From Planctomycetaceae bacterium (GTDB lineage Bacteria; Planctomycetota; Planctomycetia; Pirellulales; UBA1268), in assembly GCA_021300535.1 (NCBI GenBank), contig JAJTED010000014.1, positions 15,234 to 79,233 of the forward strand: a DNA stretch of 64,000 bases, given 5' to 3'. A model generated the notes under the pieces. It saw nothing but the letters and a program-made list of their open reading frames with translations. It had not been told where the DNA came from and made no database searches. The position numbers and the translations under genes were made by a program. Of this stretch, positions 9,839 to 18,434 are shown piece by piece (positions within the stretch are counted from its first letter, which is position 1; each line of letters starts with the position of its first letter).

Positions 9839-10321
9839 ATGAATGCTGCCGAATTGCTGATCGGCGAGTTTGTCCGCACGCTCGACGAGCGACATCGGCT
9901 GGCGATCCCGCCGGAACTGCTCGATCCGCTCCTGGCGGCCGGGCCGCGGCTCGTGCTCGCCAAGGAGCGAGCCGGCTGCCTCTCGCTCTGGCCTGCTGCG
10001 GTTTGGAAGCCCCGTCTGGATGCGGCCGTCGATGTCGTCCGCAGCAAGATGCAGGCTGGCCTCCTCACCCAGCGGGTCTCCCAGCTTCAGGATCTCGGCC
10101 GGCTGCTTTCGACGCGGCACAAGGTGGTGTCGCTCGCGGCCCGGGGCCGGCTGGTGGTGCCGGAGGGCTTCCGCGAGTTTCTCGCGGTCGAGCCCGGTGC
10201 CGACCTGATCGTGGTGGGAGCCGCGGTCTGCGTGGAACTCTGGCAGCCCGCCGCCTGGTCGGCCTTCGTGACGAGCGAGATGCCCGGCTTCCGGCAGCGG
10301 ATCGACGACCTCACTGCCTGA
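9839..10321 (+). CDS. mraZ: MraZ-like (SpoVT/AbrB double-domain) transcriptional regulator
   Basis: 160 aa from ATG 9839. First half has GEFVRTLDERHRLAIPPEL (DxxxR); second half has RGRLVVPEGFREFL ... VVGAAVCVELWQP. No dcw genes follow. Confidence 0.7.
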   Translation: MNAAELLIGEFVRTLDERHRLAIPPELLDPLLAAGPRLVLAKERAGCLSLWPAAVWKPRLDAAVDVVRSKMQAGLLTQRVSQLQDLGRLLSTRHKVVSLAARGRLVVPEGFREFLAVEPGADLIVVGAAVCVELWQPAAWSAFVTSEMPGFRQRIDDLTA

Positions 10322-10330
10322 ACGAATCTT

Positions 10331-10385
10331 TGGCCATGCCCGGATGAGAGGAAACGGTTTCTACCTGTCGGTCTCATCCGGCCAA
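10331..10385 (+). terminator. strong hairpin immediately after the mraZ stop
   Basis: TGGCC..CCGGATGAGA (loop) TCTCATCCGG CCA with a 10 bp perfect core stem. No U-tract follows. Confidence 0.35.
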
Positions 10386-10574
10386 GAAACACGATAGCCA
10401 CGGAACGGGCCCCATCAGCACGGATGCTGCCGCGGGACCTCCTCCGGGCATGGCCTTTTTCTGTCTTCACGTGGGCAAAGCCATCCCTGGCCTTTGCCCA
10501 CTTGGTCGGCCGGTGGAAAGGCAAGGCTTTCCACGGCCGACAAGCGTCGCCTCCTGCGACGCGCGATGGATGAC

Positions 10575-10795
10575 GGGGCGGCCTTCATACCCGGTGTCCC
10601 CGGGTTTCCACCCGGGGCTTCTCGGAGCCCGCGCGGCCACATCACAAAAAGCCCCCGGCGGGAGCCGGGGGACACCGGGTCGAATCGCGATCCCGCGTGC
10701 CATGCGTGTGGGCGTTGCGCAGCAAGAGCGCGGGGCGTTTGAGCATGGATGACGGGGCGTCCTTCATACCCGGTGTCCCCGGGTAACACACCTCC
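10575..10795. repeat. family-1 REPIN plus a truncated second copy, upstream of the RAYT-like gene
   Basis: Cores at 10608-10627 and 10662-10681. The partial copy at 10754-10795 is cut inside its first hairpin. Confidence 0.8.
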
Positions 10796-10838
10796 CCACT
10801 CTCTATGCCTCACGGCCGCGCACCCACGACGTGCCACC

Positions 10839-10864
10839 TTGTAAAAACTGTACGCCTGTACAAT
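10839..10864 (+). promoter_or_regulatory. AT-rich promoter-like palindrome upstream of the RAYT-like gene
   Basis: TTGTAAaaacTGTACgccTGTACAAT, with TTGTAA at 10839-10844 and TACAAT at 10859-10864. The spacer is only 14 nt. The ATG lies 10 nt after TACAAT. Confidence 0.25.
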
Positions 10865-10874
10865 ATTTGCGCCC

Positions 10875-11372
10875 ATGCCACACGAACCCGGTTCCGTCAT
10901 CCGCAACAATCCGTTGGCGTTCTTCCTCACGTGGACGACCTACGGTTCGTGGCTCCCCGGCGATGCCCGCGGTTGGACTGATCATCGTGGGACGATCCGT
11001 GACCCGAACCCGCGATTGAGGCGGATTGCCACGGGATCCCTGAAGCGCGAGTCGGTCGTTCTTGGCCCCACTGACCGCGACCAGGTCGAACAGGCCATCC
11101 GTGAACACTGTCGCTTTCGAGGCTGGCATCTGCTGGCTGCCAGTTGTCGTTCGACACACGTGCATGTTGTGGTCGCGGCCGAGAATCGCCGGCCCGAAGA
11201 GGTCTTGCGGTCCCTCAAGGCGTGGTGTTCGCGGCAGCTTGCCGCTCGCGCTATGTGTTCAACGTCGAGGTGGTCGCGCGGCGGCAGCGTGCGGCGGCTG
11301 TATGAATCGCGAGATGTCGAGGCCGTGGTGGTGTATGTCGCAGAACTTCAGGACAGGCCGCGAGACGGGTAA
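10875..11372 (+). CDS. REP-associated tyrosine transposase-like protein (Y1/HUH, IS200-like fold)
   Basis: 165 aa with HUH motif STHVHVVV, C-terminal Tyr in VVVYVAELQ, and N-terminal FLTWTTYGSWLPGDARGW. Flanked by REPINs rather than IS ends. Confidence 0.62.
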   Translation: MPHEPGSVIRNNPLAFFLTWTTYGSWLPGDARGWTDHRGTIRDPNPRLRRIATGSLKRESVVLGPTDRDQVEQAIREHCRFRGWHLLAASCRSTHVHVVVAAENRRPEEVLRSLKAWCSRQLAARAMCSTSRWSRGGSVRRLYESRDVEAVVVYVAELQDRPRDG

Positions 11373-11382
11373 CGCACCCATG

Positions 11383-11852
11383 CATGGCACGCGGGATCGC
11401 GGTTCGACCCGGTGTCCCCCGGCTCCCGCCGGGGGCTTTTTGTGTGCGGCCGAGCACGCTCCAAAACGGCGTGGACGCGCGGGCACCCAAAACCGCGCGG
11501 CCGCGCGGGCACCCAAAACGGTGCGGCAGCGCAAAACCCAAGAAGCCCCGGGTGGAAACCCGGGGACTCCGCGCGTGAACACCACCCCGTCAACCATGCT
11601 CCAAACGCCCACCCGACCGCTCCGCAACGCACCCATGCATGGCACGCGGGATCACATGCGACCCGGTGTCCCCCGGCTCCCGCCGGGGGCTTTTTGTGTG
11701 CGGCCGAGCACGCCCCAAAACGGCGTGGACGCGCGGGCACCCAAAACCGCGCGGCCGCGCGGGCACCCAAAACGGTGCGGCAGCGCAAAACCCAAGAAGC
11801 CCCGGGTGGAAACCCGGGGACTCCTCGCATGAACACCACCCCGTCAACAATG
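11383..11852. repeat. family-1 REPINs, two tandem copies (255 bp period), downstream of the RAYT-like gene
   Basis: Cores at 11416-11435, 11546-11565, 11670-11689 and 11800-11819. Orientation is opposite to the upstream copy. Confidence 0.85.
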
Positions 11853-11902
11853 CTCCAAACGCCCACCCGACCGCTCCGCAACGCCTGGCTCCCGCCCGGC
11901 GA

Positions 11903-12193
11903 TCAGCGGCCGCAGCCTTGGCAGCCGCCGGCGCACTTGCCGTTGCACGAGCCGGCGTCGCCCAACTCCTTCTTGTAGGCCTTCTGGGCCGCTGCCTCCT
12001 TCGAGAGTTTGAACTCGGGGCCGGCAGGGAAGTATTGGATGTCGTCCTGCAGGTAGTAGGCGCTCGGCAGCGTCTGGCCGCCGACGTCCACTTGGCAGCC
12101 CGTCAGCGAAAGCCCGCCCAACGCGGTGGCGGCCAGCAACACACGGCACAGGCCGCGGCGAGCGAAACGTCGGGTGATGCGGGATGCTGTCAT
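11903..12193 (-). CDS. small lipoprotein with Cys-rich C-terminal tail
   Basis: 96 aa from ATG 12193. Signal peptide plus lipobox (LSLTGC). Tail is GSCNGKCAGGCQGCGR. Confidence 0.55.
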   Translation of the reverse strand: MTASRITRRFARRGLCRVLLAATALGGLSLTGCQVDVGGQTLPSAYYLQDDIQYFPAGPEFKLSKEAAAQKAYKKELGDAGSCNGKCAGGCQGCGR

Positions 12194-12386
12194 GGCTCTC
12201 GTCCGGAAGCGGGTACGGGATCGAACGCATCCCACGTATCGACCGGCGCAACCCGCAAACTTTGAACGACCCGTACGACCGGCCGAAAAGCGGCGCCCCC
12301 TCCGCCGCCCGATCGCCCATCCTTCCCAAACCTCCACCCGCCGCGTCCCCACCGCCGCGTCGCCGAAACGTGTACAACATTCCTCC

Positions 12387-15381
12387 ATGACCCCGCCTTC
12401 CGCCGTCCGCCACGGCCTGCCGGTCGCCGCAGCCGTCGCCTGCCTGCTCGCCGTGGCGGCCCGCGCCCAGGTCGTGTTACCGCCCGGGCTGGGGCAGGTT
12501 CCCGACGGCCAGATCGTGCCCACCGCCGCCTACGACCTCGCCTTGCAGGCACTCGCGGAAGGCAACTATTCCGGCGGCCTCGAGATCGCGGGCCGCGAAT
12601 ACCAGGGCGGCGTCCGGGTCGGCGCCCAGCGCTGGATCGACTCTATCGCATCGGCCGCGGTCGTGGGCGAATGCCGCTACGAGCTCGGCAGCTACCGCGA
12701 GGCGATCGCCGCCTACGAGGAGGCGTTGCTCCTCGCGGCCAACCATCCCGACTGGCTGGTTTCAGTGCAGTGGCCCCCGCAGCCGCTGCAGCCGCGGGCC
12801 GGGCGGCCGGTCGCCACCTGGGGCCGCAGCCAGCGCGGCGCGCGACCCGCGCAGCTGCCGGAAACGATCGCCATCCGCCGCGCCGGAGCCGATCCGCAGG
12901 AAGTGCTGCAGCGCGGCGGCGTGCTCGTGGCGCCGGCCGACTACCCGATTCGGCCGCAGGAGATCTTTCGGTCGCTCGAGATCGCGATCTACCGCCATGC
13001 CGAGATCCTCGGCGAGCTCGCCCGCGAGAGCCCGGCGATCGACACCGTCGCGAAAGCGCTGGTCCGCCGCGGCGCGCCGCCCAACCATTATTCGCAGGCG
13101 TGGATCGACGTGACGCTCGGCACGGCCTACTGGGTGCAGGGCAAGTCCGACCTCGCGCTGCCGCTGCTCAATCGCGGCCTGCTCATCGGCGAGGGGCTCG
13201 ACCATCCACTCACGGCCTGGGGCCTGATCGTCCTCGGACGGATCGCGCTCGCGTCCGACCAGGCTGCCGCCGCCGCGAAGCTCTTCGAGGAGGCCACCTA
13301 CGCTGCCGCCGACCACGGCGACGCCCGGGCCTTGGAAGAGGCGTTTCGCTTCGCCTTCACCGCCCACATGCTGGCCGGCACGCGTGGCGTGCCGCCGGCG
13401 ATCCGCGCGGGCTGCTCTTGGGCACAGGCCAACCTGCCGATGCTGGAGGTGAATCTCCTGGCGATGCAGGCCGAATGCCTCGCGGCTGCAGGCGAGGTGC
13501 GGCAGGCGGTGGCGGCGGTGAAGGAGATCGACGGCCGGCTGCTGCGCGGCGATCCGGGCCGCGGCCGTCCGGGGGCGCTGGCGGCCTATGCCGCCGCCAC
13601 GGTGAAGCACGCCGCCGGCGATACGGCCGCGGCCGACGCCGACCTCAACCGCGCGATTGCCATCGAGCGGTCCCGGTCGCCGCGGCTCTTCCAAACGACC
13701 AGGCTCGTGGAGTTCGCCGTCGCCGGGTCGAGTCTCGTCTCCGACCGCGAGGCCGACGGGCTGTTCGCGCGGCTGCTCGGCGACCCGACGGCCCGCGAGT
13801 TCGCCGCCGATCCGCTCGGCGCGCTGGCCGTCATCTCCACGCCCCGCACCGACGCCTTCGAGACCTGGGTCGAGGTGGCCGGCCGCCGCAGCAACGACGC
13901 GGCGCTCGAGGCGCTGGAGGCCACGGCCCGCGACCGCTGGCTGGCGGCGCAGCGGCTCGGCGGCCGCCCGATCGCGATCCAGCGGCTGCTCGGCACCGAT
14001 CCTCAAGATCTGCCGCCGGCCGAGGCGGCCCGCCGCGCGGCGGTTCTGGCCCGGTATCCGGAGCTCGCGGCCCTGCTCGACAAGCTCACACAGGTGCGCA
14101 CCGCGGTCACCGCCGCGGTCACCGCCGCCGCCGTGCAGCGGCCGGCGGGAGCCGCTGGCAAGCCGGTGCTGCCAGGCGCCGCGGCCGACTGGGAAACCTA
14201 CCGTGCGCTCGCGGCGCGGCTCGAGCAGTTCGTGGCCCGGATCGCGGCCGGCCGCGACTTCGCGCCGCTCGACTTCCCGCCGCGGACCGCCGCCGCCGAG
14301 ATTCGCCGCCGGCTCGCGCCCCGGCAGTTGATGCTGTCGTTCCACTGGACGAAGGCCGGCCTGTTCGGCGTGCTCGAATCCCGCGACCGCGCGGCCTTCT
14401 GGCAGGTGCGGCAGATCGCGGGCCTGCCCCGGGCCATGCAGGACCTCGCCAAGGCGCTGTGCCTGTTCGACCCGATCGCGCCGGTGCCCACCGATCGGCT
14501 CGTGGAGAGCGAGTGGCGCGGCGCCGCGGCCCAGGTCGAGCGCATCCTCCTCGAGAACTCGAAGATCACGCTCGCCGAGGGCATCGACGAGCTGGTGATC
14601 GTGCCCGACGGGCTGCTGTGGTATCTGCCGTTCGAGCTGCTGCCGGTCGCGTCGAACCGCCCCGGCGATCCCGACGCCGGCCAGACGAAGCTCCTCCGCG
14701 AGGTGTGCCGGATTCGCTACGCGCCCACCCGCAGCCTGGGCGTGATGCGGTTCGCGCCGCGGCAGCCCGGCGGGCCGGTCGGCATCCACGCCGGCCGGAT
14801 GTTTCGCGGCGACAAGGCCGACGACATCGCGGCCCTGCTCGAGCGGCTGACGGCGGCGGTGGAGCGCGCGGCCGCTGATCCAGCCCGCGGCAGGCACCGG
14901 CGGCATGACGTTCGGCGACTGGCTGGCCCCGCCGCTGAAACGCACGCGACGGATCCTCCTGCCCGGGCTGCAGACGGCGCTGGCCGGCGGCCTGGCGAAG
15001 CTGCCCGCCCGCGCCGGCGAAGACGTGTTCATCGCCGCCACCGATCTGCTCGCGGCAGGCAGCCAGACGGCGGTCGTGAGCCGCTGGCGGATGGGAGGCA
15101 AGGTGGCGGCCGACCTGATGGCGGAGTTTCTCCGCGACGTGACCGCTGCCAGCCCCGATGGGGCACCGCCCGCGGCGGCGGCGAGCTGGCAGCGGGCGAT
15201 CGACGTGGCGACGGCCGAAGAGCCCGATCCCGAGCGCGAGCCGCGGCTCAAGCCGGTGGCGAAGGCGGTGTTGACCGACGCGAAGCACCCGTTCCTGTGG
15301 GCGGGCTACATGCTCGTCGATTGCGGTCCGGGCACGTATGCCGATCCGCCCCCCGCGCCCGCCGTGCAGCCCGCGCGGTGA
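12387..15381 (+). pseudogene. CHAT-like domain protein, reading frame broken near 14851-14905
   Basis: Signal peptide at ATG 12387. CHAT-type motifs (VIVPDGLLWYLPFELLP; C-terminal HPFLWAGYMLVDCG) are split between frame 0 and the +1 frame (ORF 14905..15381). The 1414-aa track ORF is a high-GC read-through. Confidence 0.6.
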
Positions 15382-15398
15382 GGTCGCCCGCCGTCCCC

Positions 15399-16370
15399 AT
15401 GCCGCTCATCGCCACTCTCGATGCCCTGCAAGGCTATGCCATCCTCGCGGTGGCCGCGCTAGTGGCCGGGGCCGTGAACTCGTTCGCCGGCGGGGGCACG
15501 ATCCTCACCTTTCCCGTCCTGGGCGCGATTCTGCCCGACCTGCCGGGCCGCCTCGTCACGGCCAACGCCACGAGCACGATCGGTCTCTGGCCGGGCGCGG
15601 CGACGGCCGCCTGGGCCTACCGCGGCGAACGGGCCGACCTCCCGGCGTGGGCCCGCTGGCTCGTCGTGCCGAGCGTGGCCGGCGCGATCGTCGGCACGGC
15701 GCTCGTGCTCGTGCTGCCGCCCGAGTGGTTCGACGCCCTCGTGCCCTGGCTGATCCTCGTGGCCGCGGTGCTGTTCGCATGCCAGCCCCGGCTGGCTGCG
15801 ATGGGAACGAGTCGAGAGCAGCTCCCTCTCCCTCTGGGAGACGACCCCGGTCAGACAAAAATCCGCCCGCTCCCTCTGGGAGACGACCGTGATCCGACAA
15901 GACATCTCCCTCTCCCTCTGGGAGAGGGCCGGGGTGAGGGTGCCCCGGCGTTGCCCACCGCCCCTGCCGCATCACCTCACGTCCTGCAGCCCACCGCCCC
16001 CGCCCGCATCGCCCTGGCCTGCGGCCTGCAGTTTCTGGTGAGCGTGTACGGCGGCTACTTCGGCGCCGGCATCGGGATCCTGATGCTCGCGGTGCTGGGG
16101 ATGCTCGGCCTTGGCGACATCCATCGGCTCAACGGCGTGAAGAACGTGCTCGGCACGGTGGTCAACGGCGTGTCGGCCGCGGTGTTCGCCCTTGGCGCGC
16201 TGGCCGGATGGCACGCGGTCTCCTGGCCGCACGCGGCCGTGATGGCGGTGGCGGCGACCGTCGGCAGCCTCGGGGCCTCGCATCTGGCCCGCCGCCTGCC
16301 GGCCCGCATCGTCCGCCGCGGTGTGGCCCTGATCAGCTTCGCCCTCGCCGCCTACTATTTTCTCCGGTAG
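15399..16370 (+). CDS. TauE/SafE (DUF81) family anion exporter
   Basis: 323 aa from ATG 15399. Multi-TM protein with AGAVNSFAGGGTILTFP and VYGGYFGAGIGILML motifs. The central loop carries repeat-derived codons. Confidence 0.8.
   Translation: MPLIATLDALQGYAILAVAALVAGAVNSFAGGGTILTFPVLGAILPDLPGRLVTANATSTIGLWPGAATAAWAYRGERADLPAWARWLVVPSVAGAIVGTALVLVLPPEWFDALVPWLILVAAVLFACQPRLAAMGTSREQLPLPLGDDPGQTKIRPLPLGDDRDPTRHLPLPLGEGRGEGAPALPTAPAASPHVLQPTAPARIALACGLQFLVSVYGGYFGAGIGILMLAVLGMLGLGDIHRLNGVKNVLGTVVNGVSAAVFALGALAGWHAVSWPHAAVMAVAATVGSLGASHLARRLPARIVRRGVALISFALAAYYFLR
15822..15945 (+). repeat. family-3 palindromic element (LPLGEGRGEGA element), two partial copies plus one full copy, inside the TauE CDS
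   Basis: CTCCCTCTCCCTCTGGGAGAGGGCCGGGGTGAGGGTGCCCC at 15906-15945. Partial copies start at 15822 and 15870. The core is a 9 bp stem with a 3 nt loop. Confidence 0.7.
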
Positions 16371-16391
16371 CCACTCCGCAACGCCCTCATG

Positions 16392-16514
16392 CATGGCCCA
16401 CGGGATCGTGCGCGACCCGGTGTCCCCCGGCTCCCGCCGGGGGCTTTTTGTGCCCAAGAAGCCCCGGGTGGAAACCCGGGGACTCCGGGCATAAACACCT
16501 CCCCGTCATCAATG
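16392..16514. repeat. family-1 REPIN (123 bp, no loop units)
   Basis: Cores at 16424-16443 and 16462-16481. A degenerate remnant follows at about 16547-16583. Confidence 0.85.
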
Positions 16515-16702
16515 CCCGAAACGCCCACACAACCACTCCGCAACGCCCACATGCACGACCCACGGGATCGTGCGCGCTTCATGCCCCAAAGATCACATCC
16601 ACCCGCATTCGACGGTCTCTGACCGCCGCTCCACCTTCGGTCGAACACCGCCGCTATAACTTCGGTCATACACCGTCACTTGAACCACGTTCCTGGCACC
16701 TG

Positions 16703-17580
<878 letters not shown>

Positions 17581-17584
<4 letters not shown>

Positions 17585-18336
17585 TCTGGAACACGTCGAT
17601 CTGGAAGAAGACCTGGGGCGATCAGCGGCTGCTGTTCCTCTCCATGGCGGCGCTGTGGGGAGCGTTTCCGTGGCTCTATCTCTGGCTCTCGGCACAGATT
17701 CCGATGCCGGCCTTCCAGGAGGTGCTGCTGCGGGCGATCCCCGCCGACTGGCAGAAGCTCTCGGGCGTGCCGTTCTCGGAGGTGGCCACGCACGCCGGCC
17801 GCGTGGCGCTGGCATTCGTCGATCCGGTGGTGGTGCTCGCCGCCACGGTGTGGGGCATCACCCGCGGCAGCGACGCCGTCTCGGGGCCGCTGGAGCGGGG
17901 CACGATGGAGATGGTGCTGGCGGCTCCGGTGCGGCGGTCGGCGCTGTTCCTCACACAGGCCCTTGCCACCACGGCCGCCGCGGCGCTGCTGTGTGGCGTG
18001 CTCCTGGCGGCGGTCTGGTCGGCCGTGGCGTTCGGACCGTGGGCGGGGAAGGTCGATCCGGCCCGGTTCGTGCCGGCGGCGGCGAACGTCTTCGGGCTGA
18101 TGGTGTGTGTCGCGGGGATCACGGCCTGCGTGTCGGCGGCCGACAGTTACCGGTGGCGCACGGTCGGGATCTTGTGCGGGTTCTACGTGTTCTCGATCCT
18201 GGCCAAGCTCGTGGGCCGGTTGAGCGGGCCGCTGTGGTGGGTGGGCGGGCTGTCGATCCTCAATGCCTACGAGCCGCAGCGGCTGGCCGCCGCGACCTTG
18301 GCCGTGGCGCACGCCTCCAGGCGTGCGAATCGATGA
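17581..18336 (+). CDS. ABC-2 type transporter permease
   Basis: 251 aa multi-TM protein with PLERGTMEMVLAAPVRR motif. ATGA overlap with the ATPase stop. The last 9 codons lie inside a family-2 REP arm. Confidence 0.72.
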
Positions 18337-18381
18337 TGCCGCACTCCGACCCGCATTCGCACGCCTGGAGGCGTGCGCCAC
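18304..18381. repeat. family-2 REPIN (27 bp perfect inverted arms, 24 nt loop)
   Basis: GTGGCGCACGCCTCCAGGCGTGCGAAT at 18304-18330 and its exact reverse complement at 18355-18381. Confidence 0.8.
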
Positions 18382-18434
18382 TTCGGGCAAAACCCCACCC
18401 ATCGAGCAGCGTCAGGCTCTCGCCAGGAGGTTTC

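Noticed and set aside
14851-14905. Programmed +1 ribosomal frameshift in the CHAT-like gene (and likewise at about 24465 in the upxY-like gene)
   Set aside because: There is no zero-frame stop or rare codon at the junction, no RF2-type CUU UGA context and no upstream SD-like stimulator. An indel, real or from assembly, is more parsimonious.
12762-15251. 829-aa minus-strand ORF, with similar antisense ORFs at 16676..17815, 24536..25807, 26237..27928, 30153..31232, 33931..35412 and 61322..63061
   Set aside because: Each is the mirror frame of a well-supported gene on the other strand. They have extreme Arg/Gly/Ala/Pro content and no motifs. Stop-free antisense frames are typical of DNA at about 70% GC.
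12126-16370. Single 1414-aa ORF
   Set aside because: It is a composite. A CHAT-like gene (real start at 12387) reads through about 500 nt of Arg-rich nonsense into the separate TauE gene, which has its own ATG at 15399. The CHAT C-terminus is actually in the +1 frame (14905..15381).
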